From a virus: a stretch of DNA of 64,000 nt. The position numbers and the translations under genes are program-made. Shown piece after piece: positions 38,101 to 47,076 of this stretch. Within the stretch, counting starts at the first letter, position 1, and every line of letters begins with the position of its first letter. The notes beneath the pieces are model-generated. The model was not told where the DNA came from. It did no database searches and saw only the letters and a list, made by a program, of their open reading frames with translations. The stretch is taken from positions 1 through 64,000 of the IMG/VR virus record IMGVR_UViG_3300044675_005482. One strand, written 5' to 3'.

Positions 38101-41100
38101 CAAGCACTGGCTGGTAATAGACCTTCAATTAATTTAACTGGAGAATTTTTAGCCAACGATATGAGGCAACTGCACTCCAGAGGCTTGCATCCAATGGCTT
38201 TGCTATACGATCAAGGAGTAAGACTTGGTTACGATAAAGTTCAATTGCAGAAAGCTTTAAACGCAGCATACAATGAGCTTACATCTACATTTGCAGCAAA
38301 GGGATCTACAAAAATAAATTCAAGATACTTTGAAGTTGCTGCTAATAATATTGCTATGAAGCATTTAAAAACTGTCACTAGATATAGTCCAGCTATGAAG
38401 AGACAGGCTAGAATGGCAGAAGAGCTAATGTTTATTGGACATCAAAGAGATGCAAGAGGCAAGGGCGAACTTAAGGGTTCAAGAAGATCAGTTGGTTTTG
38501 ATGGACAAAAAATTCCTAAGCATCTAACTGGAACTTCAAGTGGTTTTTCTGGTGGACAAAATGCAGCACACTTTGCTTTAGCTCAAGAGCTTTACGATAC
38601 ACCAGCAGATAATTTATATAAAGGTCCATTGGGTAGCGGAAGTACTTTGACCAAAGTATTTGGTGCAGAAAGAGGACACATAGGTCCTAAAGTTTCTCCA
38701 TCAAGATGGAATGTACTTCTTGAAACTGTAAGAAGAAAGTCTAGATTTGCTCCAATAGCACCAGATGAAAGATCTATTGCCCTAACAAATAAATGGAGAC
38801 GTGGATACTCAAAGGGTGGAATGGTTTACATGGCAGGCGGTGGACTTGTTCCAAAGACACAGTATCTTGCAAAGGGAGACACTGTAAAAAATGCATTCCA
38901 AACTGGATTCCAGTCTGGTAAAACAGGTCCAGAAGGCGGACCTTCAGAAATGGGTAACACAGCAGCATTTGGTACTGGTATGGCATTACAGATGGGTGGA
39001 ATGTATACTGGCGGAAGCATGGGAACTGGAATGATGGCAGCAGGCACAGCAATGCAGATGCTACCTATGTTGCAGATGTTAAAGCCAGCATTAGGACAAC
39101 TTAAAAATATTACAGGAATGGTTACACTATTTGGCAAGGTTGCTGGAAATGCATTTAGAATTGCTGGAATGGCTGTTAAGTTCTTTACTGGTCCAATTGG
39201 AATAGCCTCATTAGCATTAGGCGCATTATTTATGGCGTACAGAAAAATAACAAGCATAATTAAAGAAAATAGAAGAGAGCAAGCATTACTTAATGGAATG
39301 ACTGCAAAGGGTGCAAAAGAAGCAGGCATATCTTACGAGACAATGACTGATAAGTTAAAGCGTGTTAATGCTGAGCTTAAGCTTCAAAGAGAAAAGGGAC
39401 TGCTTTCGTATGAGGCAACAACTAGCTCTGGAGTATCTGGCTTAACATTAACAATTGCAGAATTAAAAGAATTAAAGAAGACCGCAAAAGAAACAATGCC
39501 AGAGTTACTGGGAACATTTAATAGCATAGATTCATCTAAGGTTAATGATTTAGCTGCAAACTTGAAAGCCCAGTTTGTTGCTGGAGGAATGAGTGTACAA
39601 GATGCAACCAATAAGATTTATGCATTAATTGAAGCATCGAATAAAGCAGGCCAAGGCTTTGACGCAATAGCTCAAAAGGGTTTCCAGCAAATTATAGATA
39701 AGTCTTCAGCAGCAGCCTTTACTGTAAAAGCACTTGCTACAAATATAAGAGAGCTAGAAGCGGGAACAAGCGATGTAGATTCTGCAGCATTTGCCGCAAA
39801 TGTTGACTCTGTAATAGGATCACTAGATGCAGCCGTTCAATCATTAGTTGGAACTAAAGATGCAACAGGAGAAAAGATAACACAGACTCAGGCGCTAGCA
39901 ATGCAGTATCAGAAGCTTGTTGAGTTAGGCGTAAAAGATAATGAAATTGGGGAAATTGGTTTAAAGAATTTAAAGAAAGAAAGACCAGAGCTAGCATCTA
40001 TTCTTAAAGCTACAGATACAATAGGCGGAATGTATGCAAAATGGAGATTAACTTTAGCTGGCATTCAGGTTGATTTAAGAAATATTAATTCTGAAACAGC
40101 AATTGGTATGGCTATGTATCAAGATGCCCTTAACTTGGCTGGAGATCAAATTGAGTCTGGGCAAGTTGCTTCAAGGTCTTTAGGTAAAGCTGCAGCAGCT
40201 TCAAATAAATTAAAGAACGAAATTAAAACTGGACAAGATCTAATCAAAAAGGCATCTGATTCAGAAGCTGGAATGAATAGAAAACAAATTAAAGCAATCA
40301 ATGACAAAATTGCTGCAATTAAAAAAGAGGCAGATGCTAAAAGAAAAGCAATGTCTGATTCATTAGAAGCAGAAAATATAGAATTAGAGCTACAAAAACT
40401 TCAACTAGAAGCTCAATCTGCCTTAGCTCGTGGAGACAGAGATGCATATGCTCAAGCTCAGCTAAGCATACAGCAGTTAGTCAATGAGCGTCATGCCACA
40501 GAATCTTTAAATAAAGTCAAAGAAAATGAAGACAAGGCTGTTGAAGCGCAACAAAAGTTGCTCGATGCCGACGCAGAAAAGAAAGCTAGACAGCAAGAAG
40601 CTATAGCTGGTGCAGGAAAGAGCGTAGAGAATAAAGCAGAAGTTCAAAAACAAATAGATGACATAATGAACACACTAACCGCACTTGCACAAAGACAAAG
40701 AACCAACGACCTTGTTAAAGATAAAAACAAAAGAGAGACAGAAGACAAGGCTATTAAGGGCGACTTTAATAAGGTTTTAGAGTTGCTTGAAAAATCATCT
40801 AATGCGGTTCAAAATGAATTTACTTCTTATGTGGATCCTAAGACTGATAAAAGAGTAGTAGGTAAAGAGTATAAGTTCCCTAAGCAAGGAACCGTTACAA
40901 TGGGTGGAGCAGATTCTGCATTCCAGTCTTTAGTAGATGAAGTAACTTCTCAAGGCCAAACAAACTATGCTAAAATGGTAAAAGATCTTGGAGGAGGAGC
41001 AACACTTAAAGACATAGTAAAAGCAATGGGCGGAAGCGTTGCTGCAACTAAAACTCTTACCACTGCAGATGTTTTGGCAGCTACTGGCGATAAAGACATT

Positions 41101-41601
41101 AACTCTGCAAAAAAGGGAAAGGCAGCTGGAGCAAATAAGGGAGATCTTACCGATGATGCAAGAGAAGATATTATTGATAAGTTTAAATTAGAAGAAGGCG
41201 ATACTTTTACTTATGATGGAAGAACCTATGTAGTTAAAAGAGGAGAGTCTGGCTGGATGCGCTCTAGGGCAGTAAAGAGAGCTGGCGGAGGAAGATTTGT
41301 ACCTGGACAAACATATACTGTAAATGATGGCATGAAGACAGAGGGTATTAGATTTGATATGCCTGGAACAGTTTATCCTAACATTAACACTGCTCCAAGA
41401 TATAATATTCCTACAAGTGGAATTAATGGAATGAGAGGCGGTGCAAATAATGCATCTTCTTCAAATTGTGTGTATAATATTAATATTGAATTAAATGGAA
41501 CCAATGTCACAGCAGACGATGTAATGAGAAAGTTTGAGCAAAAGATGCAACTTGTTGGTGCAAAAGAGGGAAGAAATAAAACCTATGGAGGTAACGTATG
41601 A
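35161..41601 (+). CDS. Tape measure protein (2146 aa)
   Basis: Ala/Gly-rich helical; TP901-type core (ANALKS..LINP; LFG); GTDTVPAMLTPGEFVV; hydrophobic segments. Confidence 0.92.
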   Translation: MAEEQVRTRITADADFSGLIADVHKVTASLSKLQEKIASSNKMFANQIAVMNRSFSDTLRSTGQFSTHFVSLNSDVEKFGKQLDSGQLKLNQYYKTMQGHTRTSGGLIRELAKQQVALQNSIIQPLGRNAQGLMQFNVQVPRGLNEVKNKAALARQELQIMNKVVQQGAGQLINWGKNTQWAGRQLTVGLTLPLAAFGKAAADAFRTADQELTRLTKVYGDTAGSTAEELGRVRKEVEDTAKALSQNLGASYRETLALGADIAATGQTGQQLIASIEETTRLAVLGEVDRGEAMKATLAIQSAFKQNTEELTESINFLNAVENQTSTSLADLVEAIPKAGPVIQGLGGSVQDLALYLTAMREGGINASEGANALKSGLASLINPTKVAVGQFKEFGIDLLGIVNENAGSTTDMLLALQAALDNLDPLKKQQAIENLFGKFQFARMNALFENLGKQGSQTLQVLDLMKASTDELGALADRELTAVTESASGRYNRAVEGLKAQLAGIGEAFLNINTTLINVVTKVLEFVQNMPKPLKQVLTLFGGLTAVAGPLIMLTGVLANFFGYIIKGVFHMKALLKGGEGWKYLTPEILAAEKAGSLIEQTLYSDAKAAGVLQLALRNLIDEFSVLEAKAASGSISVAPAVRTMAGNMVQEAGAGARMVDKNHPLVGPAYSRASSHMNPRGTMSETERLNQTFFGMVPGSIPVNQKIGANPQIYAESDLPNIPGLTRINGASTGIVASEAGKWHAMMATLGMQSQQEIAELKKSIAATGVASQQFMSIFDDVLPAVSGITRNAAIESRAIIAQLEAGAMNVQQARAEIIALNARTEALIAETTMAQARGMGRTLNPTMIPTLDQPVVNATGKSNMRELFKKSKTKDFIDKIARSLGVRTSGAGYNIETTIPKRFAKGGVVYRAEGSDGPEFKPMGTDTVPAMLTPGEFVVKADAVTPETLPYLKALNDSGAGKDFMPAAMMWQGTDANQALAGNRPSINLTGEFLANDMRQLHSRGLHPMALLYDQGVRLGYDKVQLQKALNAAYNELTSTFAAKGSTKINSRYFEVAANNIAMKHLKTVTRYSPAMKRQARMAEELMFIGHQRDARGKGELKGSRRSVGFDGQKIPKHLTGTSSGFSGGQNAAHFALAQELYDTPADNLYKGPLGSGSTLTKVFGAERGHIGPKVSPSRWNVLLETVRRKSRFAPIAPDERSIALTNKWRRGYSKGGMVYMAGGGLVPKTQYLAKGDTVKNAFQTGFQSGKTGPEGGPSEMGNTAAFGTGMALQMGGMYTGGSMGTGMMAAGTAMQMLPMLQMLKPALGQLKNITGMVTLFGKVAGNAFRIAGMAVKFFTGPIGIASLALGALFMAYRKITSIIKENRREQALLNGMTAKGAKEAGISYETMTDKLKRVNAELKLQREKGLLSYEATTSSGVSGLTLTIAELKELKKTAKETMPELLGTFNSIDSSKVNDLAANLKAQFVAGGMSVQDATNKIYALIEASNKAGQGFDAIAQKGFQQIIDKSSAAAFTVKALATNIRELEAGTSDVDSAAFAANVDSVIGSLDAAVQSLVGTKDATGEKITQTQALAMQYQKLVELGVKDNEIGEIGLKNLKKERPELASILKATDTIGGMYAKWRLTLAGIQVDLRNINSETAIGMAMYQDALNLAGDQIESGQVASRSLGKAAAASNKLKNEIKTGQDLIKKASDSEAGMNRKQIKAINDKIAAIKKEADAKRKAMSDSLEAENIELELQKLQLEAQSALARGDRDAYAQAQLSIQQLVNERHATESLNKVKENEDKAVEAQQKLLDADAEKKARQQEAIAGAGKSVENKAEVQKQIDDIMNTLTALAQRQRTNDLVKDKNKRETEDKAIKGDFNKVLELLEKSSNAVQNEFTSYVDPKTDKRVVGKEYKFPKQGTVTMGGADSAFQSLVDEVTSQGQTNYAKMVKDLGGGATLKDIVKAMGGSVAATKTLTTADVLAATGDKDINSAKKGKAAGANKGDLTDDAREDIIDKFKLEEGDTFTYDGRTYVVKRGESGWMRSRAVKRAGGGRFVPGQTYTVNDGMKTEGIRFDMPGTVYPNINTAPRYNIPTSGINGMRGGANNASSSNCVYNINIELNGTNVTADDVMRKFEQKMQLVGAKEGRNKTYGGNV

Positions 41602-42071
41602 CTATAGAGTATTTACCTAGAGGTTCAATTCTTAGCATAGAGGCCAAGGATCTTCTTGCAACCCCAGCTGGAACAACATTAATTTGGAACAAAGTTACAG
41701 AACATAATAGAAGCGAATTGTCAGTGTCTGTTGAGCGTATTGAAAGATCAAGCAGAACCTCAAATGGAACATTGCGTAAAAACTTTATAGCCGATAAGAG
41801 AAAGTTTTCAACATCTTGGACCATGCTTCCTTCATACAGAACTTTAACTGTAGACGGAGCTTGGGGAGCTGAAGACATCAGATCTTTTTATCTATCAGAT
41901 GCTGGTAAAGGTGCATTTAACATTAAAATAAATTTAGCAAAAACAGGCACTGATCAAACATCTTCTGGGTTTGAGTTGGCTACAGTTGTAATTAGCTCAT
42001 GCAGTTTTACTGTAGTTAAAAGAGGACTTCAACCATACTGGAATGTTTCACTGGATATGGATGAGGTCTAA
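41598..42071 (+). CDS. Distal tail (Dit)-like protein
   Basis: Directly after the tape measure; R..NGTLR..KR.F..SW. Confidence 0.65.
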   Translation: MTIEYLPRGSILSIEAKDLLATPAGTTLIWNKVTEHNRSELSVSVERIERSSRTSNGTLRKNFIADKRKFSTSWTMLPSYRTLTVDGAWGAEDIRSFYLSDAGKGAFNIKINLAKTGTDQTSSGFELATVVISSCSFTVVKRGLQPYWNVSLDMDEV

Positions 42072-43960
42072 TGATATCAGCATCCACAGAAGCCAAGACG
42101 GTACTTGAGCAAAGTACAACACTAAATACAAAAATTGGCTGTACTCTAGAATACAACATGAACAGTCTAGTAGACAACATTGTTGTTTCTGGACTAGACA
42201 TAACAGCTTCAGACGGAAGCAAACCATTTAAAAAACTTTTCCCAGTAGACTCTATTATTAAAGCATACAGACCAATTGGTGCTGGTATTAAATATGCAAT
42301 ATCTGGTGACGTAGCTCTTAACAGCTATAGAAATCCAAAATCAATATCCTATCCTATTGCTTATAGAACGTATTATCCAGGTGCAGATACAAAATACAAA
42401 TACTATATAACAGGTAAATCAACTGCGCTTAATGTTATTATTAATTATCCAAAAACAATATTGGCTAATAAAATAGTTGCTAGATTTGAGATATCACATT
42501 CAACGCCATCAACATGGACAATGTCTATAAATGAAGCACAAATAGCAACTGGCACGTCAGCAGACATAAAGGCCTTTGCATCTGGAGTATATGATTCTGG
42601 AACATTAACTTTACATTACAACGGAACATCTTGGTCAACAACAGAGCCTTCAGTTCCAGCCGCACCAGTTAGCTTAACTAGCGTTAGGTTACAGGCTCCA
42701 GGAGTTTCAAATAAATATATTGGTTTAATTGAACTTTCTCCTAGATGGGTTGTAGATGTATCAGACAGAATATCAAACTTTTCAATTTCTAAAGAGTCTT
42801 CTAGCGGGGCAGACGACATATTCCCAGTAGGTAAAGTAACTGCTAACTCAATATCAATGGGATTAATATCGTATGAAGATCAGAGAAAGGTTCAAACATT
42901 TGACAAAACCGATACGTTTGACGCATCAAAAATTTATTTGTATAAGCAAATTGAAGTAAAGCCTTTTGTTAAAATATACCACAGCGCAGGAACACTTACA
43001 GATTCAGATGGCCAATACGAAAAAATTAAACAGGGTCTATTTTACTTAGACACATGGTCAACAAGTGAGTTTGGGGAAATAGATCTTAGTGCATTAGACT
43101 CAGCTAAAATTTTACAGGAAACTCTTTGCCCATCATTATTATGTGAAGGGTACTCTGTTCCTGGAATTATAAGAAGGCTTTTAGATTCAGTTGGTTTTAC
43201 CAATTACAATATTAATTTACTTTCTACAGAATCATCTCCTCTAACACCAAGATTTTGGTGGTCTGATGACAATAAGACGATGTGGCAAGCAATTCAAGAA
43301 ATTTGTAGAGACGCTCAAATAACAGCTGTTTTTGATGAAAACAATATTTTGCAATTTTACACAAGGGACTATATCTTTAATTCCGCAAGACCAGTTGATT
43401 GGTCATTTAGATATAGTTCAAGTGGATTAAATCTACCTAACATAATGTCTTTAAGCAAAACAGAATTACCGTCAGCAAATCAAATTAAAGTTTTGTGGAA
43501 TAGTGTTACAACAAACGAATACTCAGGCTCAGCACAACCACTATGGCAATCTTCTAAGGGATGGATGAGTGCACTTTCGCTAGATCAAAACTTACTTACT
43601 TCTGACACACAGGGATCTTATATTAAGCTAAGCGCTATAACCGTTAATGAATATGAAGCTGGAAAAGTTATTGAAGAGTATAGCGGGTATCTAGTAATTG
43701 ATTCTGAAATTATAGAATATGACGGTGTAGAATATGAGTATACAACAGAAACTGGACAAAAATTTCAAGTTGTAGTTCAAAGTGATTCTGATGTTTTAAA
43801 GTTTTTAGGACTAGGCGCAGTCGGTTCAGACAAGTATGTAAGAACTGGAAGAGTTAGAATTAAAACAAGAGGTGCATTTGGAACAACTGTTGAAAATCAT
43901 TATGCAGCAGCACAAAATATAATTGATTCTTGGGAAGGATACGAAGTTAAATGGGTGTAA
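42071..43960 (+). CDS. Tail tip / hub protein, N-terminal part
   Basis: G.FY.D.W..ALDSAK.LQ; W.AIQEI..FDENN.LQF. Confidence 0.7.
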   Translation: MISASTEAKTVLEQSTTLNTKIGCTLEYNMNSLVDNIVVSGLDITASDGSKPFKKLFPVDSIIKAYRPIGAGIKYAISGDVALNSYRNPKSISYPIAYRTYYPGADTKYKYYITGKSTALNVIINYPKTILANKIVARFEISHSTPSTWTMSINEAQIATGTSADIKAFASGVYDSGTLTLHYNGTSWSTTEPSVPAAPVSLTSVRLQAPGVSNKYIGLIELSPRWVVDVSDRISNFSISKESSSGADDIFPVGKVTANSISMGLISYEDQRKVQTFDKTDTFDASKIYLYKQIEVKPFVKIYHSAGTLTDSDGQYEKIKQGLFYLDTWSTSEFGEIDLSALDSAKILQETLCPSLLCEGYSVPGIIRRLLDSVGFTNYNINLLSTESSPLTPRFWWSDDNKTMWQAIQEICRDAQITAVFDENNILQFYTRDYIFNSARPVDWSFRYSSSGLNLPNIMSLSKTELPSANQIKVLWNSVTTNEYSGSAQPLWQSSKGWMSALSLDQNLLTSDTQGSYIKLSAITVNEYEAGKVIEEYSGYLVIDSEIIEYDGVEYEYTTETGQKFQVVVQSDSDVLKFLGLGAVGSDKYVRTGRVRIKTRGAFGTTVENHYAAAQNIIDSWEGYEVKWV

Positions 43961-45750
43961 ACACAACTACTCTTGAAGGAATTATGGCTGCATCTTGGGG
44001 CAGATTTTATGATGTTGATAGAACGCCAACCGCACCAACACCAGCACAACTTGCAATTCCATGGATATCTGCAGTTCCAACCTCACCAACAGAAGCTACA
44101 ATTATTATTATGACTCCTTCAGTAACACCAGGGAGTTATCGTGGAGACATTACTCGTGGAAGTTCTTTTAGCGGACCAGACAGAACCTTCAATGATGCTG
44201 ATGGAATATTTACAGTTACTGGATTAACTCCAGGAGAAACATACAGAATAAGAGCTGCTTGCCATGCATCAAATCCAGCAATATACGGTGCATATGCATA
44301 TGAAAGTTTTACTATGCCAAAACCTGCAACAGTTGCAAGCGTTGGAACAACAATTGCTGGAGTAAATATTCCGAATAACACACCAGCGCCTACTGTATCA
44401 CCAACAGACACTGGAGCGCAAAACAACACAGTAGAAGTGCCAGACGGTAATCCAACTGTCCCTGCCCCTACTGGAAGCTATAATGCTGTTGTTGGAAATA
44501 GACAAGTCACCAGATCTTTGTTTAAAGTTACTAATAACTCAAAGGTTAAAGACATATATTCAATTGCAATGAAGGATTTAAATATAAGTAAGACATCCAC
44601 GCACTACGCATTTGGAGCAGGATTATTTTTTCAAAGCAGCGTAACTAATACAGAGGCCGAAGGAGGATTCGGTATATTTGTAGACAATAGCGGAATGAAT
44701 GGATATTTCTTAATGATGCAAACAACTACAAATACATCAGTGCATGGTGAAAAAGAAGTAAAAATACTAAAGGTTGTAAATGGGTCAAAGACAGTTTTAG
44801 CAGACAGCCAAAGTTCTGCAACTAAAAGTGTTAACGGAGTTGTTGGGGCAAAAAATTATAAGGTAGACATTAAGGTAAAAGTAACTCCAACCACTGTAGT
44901 TTTAGATGTATATATTAATAACTTTAAAATATCAGCAGTAGACAGCAATGCATCTGGAACAACAGATCCAAAGAAGCTAGTTCTTCCAGTTACATCTAAA
45001 ATTGCAATGCTTTCATCAGTAGGAACAGCAAGCTTTGATTATGTATACGCAATCCCAATTGATGAAAATCAGTATAATACTGGAGTTATGCAAAATGTAT
45101 ATAACGGACAGTTTGCATCAACATCCCTTAACTTTCTTTACGGAGAAAAAGTTTTAAGCAATTTTAACAAAACAGAATTGCCTGGAGGAAAACTAGAGGA
45201 GTTTGGAACAGTAGCAAGAGAACTTAGAAAAGTTTCTGTAAAGTACCCAGAAAGACCTGGATATCCTCTTTATCCAACTTTAGGAATTAATAAATATGTA
45301 CAGGTGCTTGGCAGCAGGCTCTCCTCATTTGGAGCTGAAATTTATTTAATAAATAATGCTGGAACCTATGTGCCTGTAGATGATGGACAAACTTATTCAT
45401 TTAGCGTTCTAGGAAACTATGTTGTAACAACTGGACAGCATGAATACACAGATTCATCAATAAATGAATTTAGTACACCAGAGCCAGCAATATTTGAGTC
45501 ATTGTGGATTCAAAATGAGAGTGATGCAAAAAAGCTTTCAGAGTGGATAAAGACACAATGGTCAAAGCAGCAGCTTGTTATTAATATGCAGGTTGCTTCT
45601 AATCCTTTAATTAGCGTCGGAGACGTTATATCAATTAATTACCCAGACAATAATTTAGACGGGACAAAGAAGTTTATTGTAACAAACGTAAGCAACGCAT
45701 TTGATCAAGGCTTAGAAACATCTATAACGGCTAGATCTATATATACATAG
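43951..45750 (+). CDS. Tail tip protein with FN3-like and lectin-like domains and hub C-terminal motif
   Basis: GLTPGETYRIRA; WIQNE..A..L; NPLISVGD.I.I.Y. Confidence 0.7.
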   Translation: MGVNTTTLEGIMAASWGRFYDVDRTPTAPTPAQLAIPWISAVPTSPTEATIIIMTPSVTPGSYRGDITRGSSFSGPDRTFNDADGIFTVTGLTPGETYRIRAACHASNPAIYGAYAYESFTMPKPATVASVGTTIAGVNIPNNTPAPTVSPTDTGAQNNTVEVPDGNPTVPAPTGSYNAVVGNRQVTRSLFKVTNNSKVKDIYSIAMKDLNISKTSTHYAFGAGLFFQSSVTNTEAEGGFGIFVDNSGMNGYFLMMQTTTNTSVHGEKEVKILKVVNGSKTVLADSQSSATKSVNGVVGAKNYKVDIKVKVTPTTVVLDVYINNFKISAVDSNASGTTDPKKLVLPVTSKIAMLSSVGTASFDYVYAIPIDENQYNTGVMQNVYNGQFASTSLNFLYGEKVLSNFNKTELPGGKLEEFGTVARELRKVSVKYPERPGYPLYPTLGINKYVQVLGSRLSSFGAEIYLINNAGTYVPVDDGQTYSFSVLGNYVVTTGQHEYTDSSINEFSTPEPAIFESLWIQNESDAKKLSEWIKTQWSKQQLVINMQVASNPLISVGDVISINYPDNNLDGTKKFIVTNVSNAFDQGLETSITARSIYT

Positions 45751-45769
45751 GAAATGGTATAATGATAAA

Positions 45770-46168
45770 ATGGTAAGTAAAAGAATATCGACCACTGGTG
45801 TTGGCACTACAGCACCAATAACCCTTTATTCCAATTCCCCAGAAAATACTGACCTAGCCCCAAATTTTAAAGTCATTATTCCTGGCAATGTAATTGGCCC
45901 AATGTTCTCATCTTCAGCGGACCTAGAAGCTACGGAGCTTGAGGGTGAAGTACAGGTTGAGGTAGAGACAGAAGGGGATGAAACTGTTGTTGAAGGCGGA
46001 AACTCTGTATCAACATTTGCTGTACCAAACTCTAGCGATATAAGTATTCTGTCAAATTCAGTTGTATATGATGCTAGTGGCCAGCCAAGCGTTACTGCAG
46101 TATTTAAGATTAAAAATTCTAGTGGAAAAACACTAAAAGGAATAAATGTGAGGGTACAATCATTATGA
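45770..46168 (+). CDS. Tail-region hypothetical protein
   Basis: TGGTATAAT 6 nt upstream of the ATG. Confidence 0.65.
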   Translation: MVSKRISTTGVGTTAPITLYSNSPENTDLAPNFKVIIPGNVIGPMFSSSADLEATELEGEVQVEVETEGDETVVEGGNSVSTFAVPNSSDISILSNSVVYDASGQPSVTAVFKIKNSSGKTLKGINVRVQSL

Positions 46169-47076
46169 TAACTAAATTTGGAAAAAGATTCTTAACTAGC
46201 TATATTGCTGGCAACGTCGGCTTTGCTCAAAAGGATATCGCTTTGGGTATTGGAACAACAGAGCCTAATGGCAAGGGTAAAGATACAAGACTAGATTTTG
46301 AATTTTATAGATTGCCAGCAACACTAGGAAGCATTGATATTTCACAAACTGGCGTTGATCCAGAAAATGAGCCAATCTTTTCATATACAGCAATTTATAA
46401 AGCTACAATTCCACAAGATATTGCTGGAGTAATATCAGAAGTTGGTTTGTATCCAGGAGCAAGAACCTCAAATAATAACTTCGATAGTAAGTTTCTAACA
46501 GATTTTGAAAATAATTTATTGTGGTCAGATGGATCTAACAATCCTGTATTAAGACCAAATGAAGTTTCTCCAGAATTTACAGCGAGAATTGGCGAGAACA
46601 TGGTTCAATATAATGTGGTTGCTAGCTCTACAAAAGAATATACAAACGCATTAGTCCTATATGATATATCTGGATACAGCGTAAATGATACACTTTCAAT
46701 TGCATATAAAAAGAATGATAACAACTTGTCTAAGATAAGAGTCAAACTTTACAGTTCAGATACTGCTTACTGCTGGGTTGATTTTACTCCATTGACTGGA
46801 ACTGGTGACAGAATTCAATCAACAACATTAAACAATCTTTTTTCAAACGTTACTGCAACGGCTCCAGACTTAACAGCAATTACTAAGATAGGTGTTGAAG
46901 TTACAGCTGGATCTGGCGGCAACACAGAGGTTCACTTTGACGGAATCAGAATCAATGACGAGGATACCTTTGACCCTTCATATGGAATGATTAGCAGATC
47001 TTTGTTATCGACACCTTTAGTAAAGCCATCTGGTAGACCAGTAGATATAGAATACAAACTGGTATTAGGATTCTAA
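46165..47076 (+). CDS. Baseplate / tail-tip protein
   Basis: MIT..GKR..IALGIG..L.FE.YR..ISEVGLY pattern typical of fibre-attachment N-termini. Confidence 0.6.
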   Translation: MITKFGKRFLTSYIAGNVGFAQKDIALGIGTTEPNGKGKDTRLDFEFYRLPATLGSIDISQTGVDPENEPIFSYTAIYKATIPQDIAGVISEVGLYPGARTSNNNFDSKFLTDFENNLLWSDGSNNPVLRPNEVSPEFTARIGENMVQYNVVASSTKEYTNALVLYDISGYSVNDTLSIAYKKNDNNLSKIRVKLYSSDTAYCWVDFTPLTGTGDRIQSTTLNNLFSNVTATAPDLTAITKIGVEVTAGSGGNTEVHFDGIRINDEDTFDPSYGMISRSLLSTPLVKPSGRPVDIEYKLVLGF

